Assembly: GCA_009773355.1 (NCBI GenBank)
Contig: WRPG01000002.1
Span: forward strand, 138,805-202,804
Reading direction: 5' to 3'
Length of the DNA stretch: 64,000 nt
From: Limisphaerales bacterium
GTDB lineage: Bacteria > Verrucomicrobiota > Verrucomicrobiia > Limisphaerales > SXTU01
The notes beneath the pieces were generated by a model. That model did not search any database and had not been told where the DNA came from. It saw only the letters and a program-made list of their open reading frames with translations. The position numbers and the translations under genes were made by a program. Positions 1 to 8,751 of this stretch are shown piece after piece (position 1 is the stretch's first letter; the number at the start of each line of letters is the position of its first letter).

Positions 1-1272
1 GGACGCGAAGTGACCGTGAGCAGCCGCTGGACGCTGGTGCGCGACGACGAGGGCAACCCAAACTCGGTGCTCGTGCTCAACACGGACATCACCGAGAAGA
101 AGCGGCTGGAGAGCCAGTTCCTCCGCTCGCAGCGCATGGAGAGCATCGGCACGCTGGCCGGCGGCGTGGCCCACGACCTGAACAACATCCTTTCGCCCAT
201 CATGATGTCCGCGCCGATCCTGCGAATGCCCGAGCTGCCCGCCGAGGATTTTGAGCGGCTGCTGGACACCATCGAGACCAATGCCCAGCGCGGCGGGGAC
301 ATCGTGAAGCAGTTGCTGGCGTTTGGCCGCGGGGTCGAGGGCGAGCGCGTGGTGGTGCAGCCGCGCCACATCATCAAGGAGATGGTCAAGATCGCGCGCG
401 AGACGTTCCCGAAGAACCTCACCATCAGCGCCGAGGTGCCCGACAACCTCTGGCCCATCATGGGCGACCCGACCCACACACACCAGATTCTCCTGAACCT
501 GTGCATCAACGCCCGCGACGCCATGCCCAACGGCGGCACGCTCAAGGTCATCGCGGAGAACGTGCAACTCGACGAACACTACGTCGCGCAGGACACGGAG
601 GCGAAACAGGGGCCGTTCGTCAGCATTCGCGTCACGGACACGGGCACGGGCATCCCGAAGGAAATCCTGGACAAGATTTTCGACCCGTTCTTTACGACCA
701 AGGAAATCGGCAAGGGCACGGGACTGGGCTTGGCGACCGTGATGGGCATCGTCAAGAGCTACGGCGGCCTCATCCATGTTTACAGCGAGGTGGGCAAGGG
801 CACGTCCTTCAACGTGCTGCTGCCCGCCGCCCCCAACGCCGTGTCCGCCAGCGACGACTCGACGCGCGAACCACTGCCGCTCGGCCAGGGCGAAACCATC
901 CTCGTGGTGGACGACGAGCCGGGCATTCTCGGAGCGACGAGCAAGCTGCTGGAGCGGCACAACTACCAGGTGCTCTCCGCCGCCGACGGCGCGGAGGCGC
1001 TGACGCTCTTTTCCAGCCACCGCAAGCGCATCCGGCTCATCATGACCGACGTGATGATGCCGGTGATGGACGGCGTGGCCCTCACGCGGGTGATCAAGAA
1101 GATGGACACCGACGTGAAGCTGCTGGCCTCCAGCGGACTGGAGCACGACGCCAAGTTCGACGAGTTGCGCACGCTGGGCGTGAACGCCTTCCTGACCAAG
1201 CCTTACACCGCCGAGAAGCTGCTGCAGACGTTGCGGGAGCTGCTCGCCGGAGCACCAGCCGCCCGCGATTGA
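1..1272 (+). CDS. Hybrid sensor histidine kinase (PAS/PAC-HisKA-HATPase-REC), 5'-truncated by window edge
   Basis: H-box [12 protein letters not shown]-box [13 protein letters not shown]-boxes DTGTGI/FFTTK/GTGLGL, C-terminal receiver (VVDDE...TDVMMP...KP); frame is open from position 1. Confidence 0.92.
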   Translation, partial: GREVTVSSRWTLVRDDEGNPNSVLVLNTDITEKKRLESQFLRSQRMESIGTLAGGVAHDLNNILSPIMMSAPILRMPELPAEDFERLLDTIETNAQRGGDIVKQLLAFGRGVEGERVVVQPRHIIKEMVKIARETFPKNLTISAEVPDNLWPIMGDPTHTHQILLNLCINARDAMPNGGTLKVIAENVQLDEHYVAQDTEAKQGPFVSIRVTDTGTGIPKEILDKIFDPFFTTKEIGKGTGLGLATVMGIVKSYGGLIHVYSEVGKGTSFNVLLPAAPNAVSASDDSTREPLPLGQGETILVVDDEPGILGATSKLLERHNYQVLSAADGAEALTLFSSHRKRIRLIMTDVMMPVMDGVALTRVIKKMDTDVKLLASSGLEHDAKFDELRTLGVNAFLTKPYTAEKLLQTLRELLAGAPAARD

Positions 1273-1280
1273 CCTGACCC

Positions 1281-2873
1281 ATGTCCGCTCCCAGTCCCAT
1301 CCCCCAGCCGGATCCGCCCGCCGTAAAAAACGGGAAGCAAGCCCGCCAGCGTCACCAGTGGCACCTGATGTATTACGTGCTGGCGGCGTTCAACATCCTC
1401 ACGGTCGGATTCACCCTCCGGCTGAACCACCAGATGCAGGAGGCCTTCGCCCGCAGCGTCGAAGTCAGCGCCGCCTGGGACCGCCGGCTGAAGGACTACG
1501 GCGATCTCATCGGCACTGCGCAGGCGGTCCAGGCCCGGTGCAACAACGTGTTTGTCACCCGCGACCCCGTCCGGCAGCGGGAAGAGATGAAACTGGCCTA
1601 CAACAGCTTCAAGGACCGCCTCCGGGCCAAGCGCGGCGAGGCCCTCGTGGCGGTCGAGGGCGTGGAAAGCCGCCGGCTCATCGAGGAGTTCGACAAGCTC
1701 CGCTCCGCCGTGGACGGCATGATCGAGACGGCGGAGGAACTCTTCGACCGCTTTCCAACCGACAAGCCCGACGAGGCCGCCCGCCGGCTGGTGAATGTGA
1801 ACCGCGACTACGCCGGCATCATGGCCGTGCTCTCCGACCTGCGCCTCAAGGTCAGCGGCATCCAGACGCGCATCTTCGACAAGCAGATGGAGGAGTTCGC
1901 CCGGCTGCGCCGCCTGGAGTTTGTCGTCGCCATCCTGGTGCTGGTGATGCTGGGCAGCGCGGTCTTCTACGGCGAGCGCATCACCCGCCGCATGAACGCC
2001 GACGCGGAGGCGCTGGACCGCGCGCAGCATGAGCTGGTGGACACCGCGCGGCGCGCCGGCATGGCGGAGATCGCCACGGGCGTGCTGCATAACGTCGGCA
2101 ACGTGCTCAACAGCGTGAACGTCTCCGCTTCGCTTGTCGCCGAGAGTGTCCGCAAATCCAAGGTCGGCAACGTCGAGCGCGTCGCCAAAATGCTCTCCGA
2201 GAACGAGGCAAAACTCGGCGAGTTCCTGACGAACGATCCCAAGGGCAGGCAGGTGCCCGCTTTCCTCAAGACGCTCGCGGACCACTTGCAGGAGGAGCAG
2301 ACGCGGATGCTCAAGGAACTGGACTCACTCGCCCAGAGCGTCGAGCACGTGAAGACCATCATCGCGATGCAGCAGAACTACGCGAAGGTCACGGGCATTC
2401 ACGAGACGATGGCCGTGGTGGACGTGGTCGAGGATGCGCTGCGGCTCAATGCCATCTCCTTCACCCGCCACGAAATCAAGGTGAAGCGCGAGTTCGAGGC
2501 CAAGCCCACCGCCACGCTCGAGCGGCACAAGGTCATGCAAATCCTCGTCAACCTGCTCACCAACGCCAAGCACGCGCTCGACAAGCCCGAGGTGAAGGAC
2601 AAGACTCTGACCGTGCGCGTCGCCCTGAATGGCAACGAAACCGTCCGCATCTCCGTCGTGGACACCGGCTCCGGCATCACGTCGGAGAGCATGGCGCGCC
2701 TCTTCCAGCACGGGTTCACCACCAAGCCGCAGGGCCACGGCTTCGGCCTGCATCACGGCGCGCTGGCGGCGAAGGAGATGGGCGGCGCCCTCACCGCGCA
2801 CAGTGACGGCGAGGGCAAGGGCGCGACCTTCACGCTGGAAATCCCGATTCGCCCCCCGGAGGCGAAGGCGTAG
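1281..2873 (+). CDS. Membrane-bound sensor histidine kinase
   Basis: Two hydrophobic segments, H-box GVLHNVGNVLN, NLLTNAKHA, DTGSGI, FTTK, GHGFGLH. Confidence 0.9.
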   Translation: MSAPSPIPQPDPPAVKNGKQARQRHQWHLMYYVLAAFNILTVGFTLRLNHQMQEAFARSVEVSAAWDRRLKDYGDLIGTAQAVQARCNNVFVTRDPVRQREEMKLAYNSFKDRLRAKRGEALVAVEGVESRRLIEEFDKLRSAVDGMIETAEELFDRFPTDKPDEAARRLVNVNRDYAGIMAVLSDLRLKVSGIQTRIFDKQMEEFARLRRLEFVVAILVLVMLGSAVFYGERITRRMNADAEALDRAQHELVDTARRAGMAEIATGVLHNVGNVLNSVNVSASLVAESVRKSKVGNVERVAKMLSENEAKLGEFLTNDPKGRQVPAFLKTLADHLQEEQTRMLKELDSLAQSVEHVKTIIAMQQNYAKVTGIHETMAVVDVVEDALRLNAISFTRHEIKVKREFEAKPTATLERHKVMQILVNLLTNAKHALDKPEVKDKTLTVRVALNGNETVRISVVDTGSGITSESMARLFQHGFTTKPQGHGFGLHHGALAAKEMGGALTAHSDGEGKGATFTLEIPIRPPEAKA

Positions 2874-2900
2874 TCACCTGCCACTCGCCACCTGTCACTT
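2873..2900. repeat. Heptamer tandem array (GYCACYY x4) at gene junction
   Basis: gtcacct gccactc gccacct gtcactt between stop 2873 and start 2907. Confidence 0.6.
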
Positions 2901-2906
2901 GCCTTA

Positions 2907-5327
2907 ATGCACCGCATCCTCGTCATAGACGACAACCGCGCGATTCACGACGACTTCCGGAAGATTCTCTGCCCGGCGTCAGCGGCGGTGGCGGACCTGA
3001 GCGCGGCGGAGGCGGCGTTGTTTGGCGACGATTTGCCCACCGAGACCAAGCCCGAATACGAGATGGACTCCGCCTATCAGGGGCAGGAGGCGCTCGCGCT
3101 GGTCAGCAAGTCCGTCATGGCGAACCATCCCTACAGCCTCGCGTTCGTGGATGTGCGGATGCCGCCGGGCTGGGACGGCATCGAGACCATCACCCGGCTC
3201 TGGCAGGCGGACCCGTATCTGCAATGCGTCATCTGCACCGCCTACTCGGATTACTCGTGGGAGGAGATGGTCGGCAAGCTGGGCCGCAACGACCGCCTGC
3301 TGATTCTCAAGAAGCCCTTCGACAACGTCGAGGTCAGCCAGCTTGTCGTCGCGCTCACCGAGAAATGGACCCTTGGCCGGCAGGCCCGCTCGCAGATGCG
3401 GAACATGGAGTCGCTCGTCTCGGAGCGCACCGCGCAGCTTGAACGCTCCGTCGCCCTCACCCAGGCCACGCTCGACTCCACCGCCGATGGCATCCTGGTC
3501 GTGAACAAGGAGGGCCGCATGGCCGGCTACAACAAGAAGTTCCTCGCCATCTGGAACCTCCCGCCCTCGCTCATCGAGTCCAAGCACTACCAGGACATGC
3601 TCAACGCCGTCCTGTGGCAGATCAAGGACCCCGAGGGCTTCAACAAAAAGTTCAGCGAGCTGAACGACACCCCGGAGGCCGCCAGCTACGACCTCATCGA
3701 GTTCGTGGACGGGCGCATCTTCGAGCGCTACTCGCAGCCGCAGCGCGTGGGCGACCAGATTTCCGGGCGCGTCTGGAGCTTCCGCGACATCACCGAGCGC
3801 AAGAAGGCCGAACGGCGGATTTTCGAGCAGGCCAGACTCATTGACCTCGCCCAGGACGCGATCGTCGTCCGCGACCTCGGCCACTGGATCACCTCGTGGA
3901 ACAAGGGCGCGGAACGGCTCTTCGGCTGGACGGCGGAGGAGATCAAGGGCCGCCAAGTCACCGAACTGCTTTACCGCGACGCCGCCGCCTTCGAGACCGC
4001 GCAGAAGGAGCTGCTCGACAAGGGTTCGTGGAGCGGCGAAATCCGCCAGCTCACCAAGGCGGGTCACGAGGTCGTCGTCAACTCGCGCTGGACGCTCGTG
4101 CGCGACGAGGAGGACCACCCCAGCGCGGTTCTCTCCATCAACACCGACATCACCGAGAAGAAGAAGCTCGAGAGCCAGTTCCTCCGCTCGCAGCGCATGG
4201 AGAGCATCGGCACGCTCGCCGGCGGCGTGGCGCACGACCTCAACAACATCCTCGCGCCCATCATGATGTCCGCCCCGCTGCTCCGGCAGGGGCTTGGACC
4301 GCGTGAGACGGAGACGCTCATCACCAACATCGAGACCAGCGCGCAGCGCGGCGCGGACATCGTGAAGCAGCTCCTCGCCTTCGCCCGCGGGATGGAGGGC
4401 GAGCGCGTCGTCGTCAACCTCCGGCACATGGTGGACGAGATGGCGAAGATTGTGCGCGAGACCTTCCCCAAGAACATCACCGTCCAATCCAAGGCCAGCC
4501 GCGACCTCTGGCCCATCATCGGCGACCCCACGCACATCCATCAGGTCCTCCTCAATCTCTGCATCAACGCCCGGGATGCGATGCCCAACGGCGGCGGCAT
4601 CACCATCGTCGCCGAGAACATGACGATTGACGACCACTACGCCAGCTTCGACGCCGAGGCGAAGAAGGGGCCATACGTTGTCCTCCGCGTTGCCGACACG
4701 GGCACCGGCATTCCGCCCGAGATTCTCGACAAGATTTTCGACCCCTTTTTCACCACCAAGGAGCACGGCAAGGGCACCGGCCTGGGTCTCTCCACCGTGC
4801 TCGGCATCGCCAAGAGCCACGGCGGCTTCCTCAACGTCACCAGCGAAATCGGCAAGGGCACGACCTTCTCCTGCTTCTTCCCCGCCACGCCCAACGCCAA
4901 GCCCGAGGCGCGCGCGGAGAGGAAGGCCCTCGCGCGCGGCAACGGCGAGACCATCCTCGTGGTGGACGACGAGGCCGGCATCCTCAACGCCGCCAAGAAG
5001 CTCCTCGAAACCAACGGCTACAAGGTCATCACCAGCAGCGACGGCGTCGAGGCCCTCGCCGTCTATGCCCAGCACCGGGATTCCATCAAGGCCGTCCTGA
5101 CGGACGTGATGATGCCGGTGATGGACGGGGCCGCCATGATGCGCGTCCTCAAGAAACTGGAACCCAACATCAAGGTCATCGCCACCAGCGGCATTGACCA
5201 GGACGCGAAGTTCGAGGAGTTGAAATCGCTCGGCATGAAGGCCTTCATCGCCAAGCCCTACACGGCCGAGAAGATTCTCACCACGCTCCGTGACGTGCTC
5301 GCTCCCGAAGCGCCGGGGCCTGCCTGA
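2907..5327 (+). CDS. Hybrid histidine kinase (REC-PAS-PAS-HisKA-HATPase-REC)
   Basis: N-terminal receiver (LVIDDN...FVDVRMPPGWDG), PAS motifs, AHDLNN H-box, C-terminal receiver. Confidence 0.92.
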   Translation: MHRILVIDDNRAIHDDFRKILCPASAAVADLSAAEAALFGDDLPTETKPEYEMDSAYQGQEALALVSKSVMANHPYSLAFVDVRMPPGWDGIETITRLWQADPYLQCVICTAYSDYSWEEMVGKLGRNDRLLILKKPFDNVEVSQLVVALTEKWTLGRQARSQMRNMESLVSERTAQLERSVALTQATLDSTADGILVVNKEGRMAGYNKKFLAIWNLPPSLIESKHYQDMLNAVLWQIKDPEGFNKKFSELNDTPEAASYDLIEFVDGRIFERYSQPQRVGDQISGRVWSFRDITERKKAERRIFEQARLIDLAQDAIVVRDLGHWITSWNKGAERLFGWTAEEIKGRQVTELLYRDAAAFETAQKELLDKGSWSGEIRQLTKAGHEVVVNSRWTLVRDEEDHPSAVLSINTDITEKKKLESQFLRSQRMESIGTLAGGVAHDLNNILAPIMMSAPLLRQGLGPRETETLITNIETSAQRGADIVKQLLAFARGMEGERVVVNLRHMVDEMAKIVRETFPKNITVQSKASRDLWPIIGDPTHIHQVLLNLCINARDAMPNGGGITIVAENMTIDDHYASFDAEAKKGPYVVLRVADTGTGIPPEILDKIFDPFFTTKEHGKGTGLGLSTVLGIAKSHGGFLNVTSEIGKGTTFSCFFPATPNAKPEARAERKALARGNGETILVVDDEAGILNAAKKLLETNGYKVITSSDGVEALAVYAQHRDSIKAVLTDVMMPVMDGAAMMRVLKKLEPNIKVIATSGIDQDAKFEELKSLGMKAFIAKPYTAEKILTTLRDVLAPEAPGPA

Positions 5328-5339
5328 GCCGTCACGCCG

Positions 5340-6284
5340 ATGACGCTCCAGCCCGCCAGTCTTGCCGACCTCTCCCGGCTGCTCGCCGACTGCCACGCTG
5401 CGAAGCGCCCGATCACGTCCGTTGACCTCGCCGCCCTCGCCGCCGTCCGAGAATACACTCCAGAGGACATGACCGTGACTGTGGAGGGGGGGATGAACTT
5501 GGCCGAGCTGCAAGGCCAGCTCGCCGCGCGCGGCCAGTGGCTCCCGATAGACCCGCCCCACGCCGACCGCGTGACCATCCGCCAGCTCCTCTCCGAAAAC
5601 CTCTCCGGCCCCCGGCGCTGCGGTTTCGGGACCATTCGCGAGCACCTCATCGGACTGGAAGCGGTGCTCGCGGACGGCCGCGTCACGCACTCTGGCGGCA
5701 AAGTCGTGAAGAATGTCGCCGGCTACGACCTTCTGAAACTCTTTGTCGGCGCGCGGGACGGCCTCGGCATCATCAGCGCCGCGACCTTCAAGCTCCGCCC
5801 GTTGCCGGAGCAGGAAGTCGTCTTGAGCGCGCAGTTCAAATCGCTCTCTGCCGCTTGGGTCGCCGTCCAAGCCATGCTCGATTCTCCACTCACCCCCGTC
5901 ATCCTTGATCTCCACAACCTCGCTGCTGACGGCTCCGCCTCCGATGCCTTCACCGCCCGTCTCGGTTTCGCCGGCACCCGCGAGGAAGTCGAGTGGCAGC
6001 GCGGCCGTGCCGGCGACTTGCAGTCGCCGTCCGCCGCGCCCGACTGCGAGCAAGCCTTCTGGTCCGCCGACGCTCCCGTTCACACCGAATCCGTCCTCCC
6101 GAGCAAACTTGACGAAGCGCTTTCCACACTCGGCTCCGTGCCCTTCATCGCCCGCGCCGCCAACGGCATCATCCACCATCGCGGCGTTCCGCTGCCGCGC
6201 TCCGCGTCATCCGCCGGCGCGCTGGCGCAACGCCTGAAAGACACCTTCGACCCGCACCACATCCTCCCCGCCGCGCCGCTGTGA
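5340..6284 (+). CDS. glcE: FAD-binding oxidoreductase, glycolate oxidase GlcE-like subunit
   Basis: GGKVVKNVAGYDLLKLF motif, C-terminal FDPHHIL; adjacent to glcF. Confidence 0.75.
   Translation: MTLQPASLADLSRLLADCHAAKRPITSVDLAALAAVREYTPEDMTVTVEGGMNLAELQGQLAARGQWLPIDPPHADRVTIRQLLSENLSGPRRCGFGTIREHLIGLEAVLADGRVTHSGGKVVKNVAGYDLLKLFVGARDGLGIISAATFKLRPLPEQEVVLSAQFKSLSAAWVAVQAMLDSPLTPVILDLHNLAADGSASDAFTARLGFAGTREEVEWQRGRAGDLQSPSAAPDCEQAFWSADAPVHTESVLPSKLDEALSTLGSVPFIARAANGIIHHRGVPLPRSASSAGALAQRLKDTFDPHHILPAAPL
6005..6056. repeat. REP-like element in-frame inside glcE
   Basis: 6005-6034 is 29/30 identical to intergenic 44792-44821; encodes RAGDLQSPS; degenerate right arm follows. Confidence 0.75.
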
Positions 6285-7600
6285 CTGTCGCCTCCGAACC
6301 ATTCCTCGACGAGCAGACCGCGCTCGCCTGCGTCCACTGCGGCCTCTGCCTCGGCTCGTGCCCGACCTATCTGGAGACGGGCAACGAGAATGATTCTCCG
6401 CGCGGGCGCATCTACCTCATGCGCGCCGTGCAGGACGGCCGCCTCCCGCTCGGCGACACCGCCGTCCGGCACATTGACACCTGTCTCGGCTGCCGCGCCT
6501 GCGAAGCGGCCTGTCCCAGTGGCGTCCACTACGGCGAGCTGCTCGAAGCCACCCGCGACCACATCGAACGTCACCATCACCGCTCACCCTTTCAGAACTT
6601 CCTCCGCCGCGTCGTCATCGAACGGATCTTCCCGCATCCGCTGCGGATGAAACTGGCCCTGCTTCCTGCCCGCCTGCTCAAGCGCGCCGGCGCGGAGCAT
6701 CTGTTTCCCCAGTTCGTGCAGGACTCGCTCGCCCTGCTTCCGGCCGAGATGAACGAAGGTCACTTGCCGGAACTCTCCCGTGCCGGCGATTTGCAATCGC
6801 CGTCGGGGGGCGGCGGTTACAAACCGCCGGCACGGCCGCGCGGCCGCGTCGGCTTCATCCGGGGCTGCGTGATGAACGTCATGTTCGGGCGCACGAACGA
6901 GCACTCCATCCGCCTCTTGAACCGCGCGGGCTATGACGTGGTCACGCCCCGTGATCAAGGCTGTTGCGGCGCGCTCCACGCCCACGGCGGCAATCTGGCC
7001 GCCGCCCGCGAGGCCGCCCGCGCGAACCTCGCCGCCTTCGCCCGCGAGCCGCTCGACGCCATTATCATCAACGCCGCCGGCTGCGGCTCCACGCTCAAGG
7101 AATACAACCACCTGCTCGCCGCCGACCCGCGCGCCGCCGCCTTCAGCGCGAAAGTGAAAGACCTCTCCGAGTTTCTTGTGGCTGCCGGCTTTCAATCGGC
7201 AATCGGCAATCGGCGATCGGCAATCAAAGTGACCTTTCACGACGCCTGCCACCTCGCGCATGCCCAGCGCATCACGCATCCGCCCCGTCTGCTGGTCAAA
7301 GCCGTCGCCGGTGCAAACTACGTCGAGATGCCGGAGTCCGATGTCTGCTGCGGCAGCGCCGGCAGCTACAACCTCACTGAGCCGGAGATGGCCGAACGCC
7401 TCCAGCGGCGGAAGGTCGAAAACATCCTCCGCACCGGCGCGACCTGCGTCGTCACCACCAACCCCGGCTGCCTCCTACAAATGCGCGCCGGCCTGGACGC
7501 GGCTGGTGCCACCCACATCGAGACCTTGCACATCGCGGACTTTCTGGAACGCAGCCTCGCCTGCTCCGCACCGGTGATGACGAGAGGCGGCTTCAACTGA
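6281..7600 (+). CDS. glcF: Glycolate oxidase Fe-S subunit
   Basis: CVHCGLCLGSCP and CLGCRACEAACP ferredoxin motifs, two CCG domains; GTGA overlap with glcE. Confidence 0.85.
   Translation: MTVASEPFLDEQTALACVHCGLCLGSCPTYLETGNENDSPRGRIYLMRAVQDGRLPLGDTAVRHIDTCLGCRACEAACPSGVHYGELLEATRDHIERHHHRSPFQNFLRRVVIERIFPHPLRMKLALLPARLLKRAGAEHLFPQFVQDSLALLPAEMNEGHLPELSRAGDLQSPSGGGGYKPPARPRGRVGFIRGCVMNVMFGRTNEHSIRLLNRAGYDVVTPRDQGCCGALHAHGGNLAAAREAARANLAAFAREPLDAIIINAAGCGSTLKEYNHLLAADPRAAAFSAKVKDLSEFLVAAGFQSAIGNRRSAIKVTFHDACHLAHAQRITHPPRLLVKAVAGANYVEMPESDVCCGSAGSYNLTEPEMAERLQRRKVENILRTGATCVVTTNPGCLLQMRAGLDAAGATHIETLHIADFLERSLACSAPVMTRGGFN
6778..6835. repeat. Complete REP doublet in-frame inside glcF
   Basis: Terminal inverted repeat ccgtgccggcg...cgccggcacgg with two internal hairpins; encodes RAGDLQSPSGGGGYKPPAR. 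Confidence 0.8.
7193..7225. repeat. Heptamer array (CAATCGG x4.7) in-frame inside glcF
   Basis: caatcgg caatcgg caatcgg cgatcgg caatc; encodes QSAIGNRRSAI. Confidence 0.8.
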
Positions 7601-7623
7601 CGGAGCGCTGACTTCAGTCCGCT
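7601..7623. repeat. Solo GGAG-type REP-like hairpin after glcF
   Basis: cggagcgctgacttcagtccgct, same GGAGCGC-headed architecture as the elements at 25519 and 58868. Confidence 0.45.
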
Positions 7624-7847
7624 GCCATGCCCAAGTGCTTGTGGCAGCCATGTCAGGCACGGATTTATTGTGCCTTTGCCCCGGTTGGATTCGCTCCCAC
7701 GTCCGCAGTCCCACCAAGTGGGGCAGAGGCGGCTCCTCCAGCCGGTCGGAGGTGGCTTTTGCGCCGCCGACCTGGGCACGCGCACTCTCCAAGTGCGCCG
7801 GAGATTGCTCGCAAGATTCCCTGTCCGGCGGACGAATGCATCCGCTG

Positions 7848-8030
7848 ATGGTCTCGGCCCTGCCCGTGAATCTGCCCGTCGCGAACCCGCTGCACACCCG
7901 GCCGAGCCTGCTGGGCCAGCTCCAGGACGGGGCGGACGAGCGAAGCTGGCGCGACTTCTTCGAGACCTGCTGCGGCTGATCCACAGCGCGGCGCAGGTGC
8001 ATCTGGCGAAGCACGGCGAGCAGGCGCAGA
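7848..8030 (+). pseudogene. Remnant of an ECF-type sigma-70 factor (frameshift plus internal deletion)
   Basis: TRPSLLGQLQDGADERSWRDFFET, then frameshift to RLIHSAA, then QVHLAKH; resembles the N- and C-terminal motifs of PVC ECF sigma factors. Confidence 0.6.
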
Positions 8031-8088
8031 CCAATGGGCCCGCCGGCTGGAGAAAAACTTTCGCCAGCCCCGCCCCTCCGGATTGGAA

Positions 8089-8748
8089 TCAGGGCAATGC
8101 GTTCGGGCGCGCCAGCACCGCGCGGAGCACGGCGGCCAGGCGCCGGGCGGCGAGCTTGGAGTGGCGGCCGAGGGCGATCAGCGCGGGAATCTTGCGCGGG
8201 CGGCGGAGCACCGAGCGGGCGAGCTTGCCGAGGCTCAACTTGCCGTCCGCGTTCACCAGCGCGTTGAAGTCCAGCGGCAGGTCTTCCTGCGCGGTGTCGG
8301 AGATGGCCCGCACGGTGGCGCTCGGGATGCCGCGTTCGCGGCACAGTTGGCGGATGATGTCGGATTCCATCTCGACCGCGTCCGCGCCCGTGCGCTCGCG
8401 CAGCATCGCCTTTTCGTAACCGGTCACGGCCACGCGCTCCGCACAATGAAACCGCGCGGCCACCGCGCCCGCGTCGAGCAACGCCTGGCGCAGGGGGAAG
8501 GCTTCATCCGTGTCGCAAACGACTGTCCCGAGCCGCAGCGTCGAGTTCAGCGCGCCGGCGAAACCACAGGTAAGAACCAGGCTCCAGGCGTCCGCCGCGA
8601 GCTTCGCCTTCACCGCACGTTCGGCGGCGGCGGCCCCCATGCCAGTGACCAGAATCGTGACGTTGGGCGGCAGCCCACGGCGAAGGGGCGCGGCCTCCTC
8701 CTTCACCGCGAAGCAGACGAGGATCGGGCCTTGAGGCAGACCGCTCAT
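8089..8748 (-). CDS. Hopanoid-associated nucleoside phosphorylase (HpnG-like)
   Basis: PNP/MTAN motifs TGMG, GFAGAL, AVEMES, VRAISD; 3 nt downstream of shc. Confidence 0.75.
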   Translation of the reverse strand: MSGLPQGPILVCFAVKEEAAPLRRGLPPNVTILVTGMGAAAAERAVKAKLAADAWSLVLTCGFAGALNSTLRLGTVVCDTDEAFPLRQALLDAGAVAARFHCAERVAVTGYEKAMLRERTGADAVEMESDIIRQLCRERGIPSATVRAISDTAQEDLPLDFNALVNADGKLSLGKLARSVLRRPRKIPALIALGRHSKLAARRLAAVLRAVLARPNALP

Positions 8749-8751
8749 GGA

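Noticed and set aside
2979-6179. 1066-aa minus-strand ORF (likewise 8083-10476, 11959-13839, 41486-43390 and other long antisense ORFs)
   Set aside because: Antisense shadows of well-supported genes; expected from GC3-biased codon usage and without recognisable motifs
7677-7724. Minus-strand tRNA-like fragment (gtggg-agcgaat-ccaac, GCCCC/GGGGC ends)
   Set aside because: Too short, no anticodon arm, T-loop lacks TTC, stems imperfect
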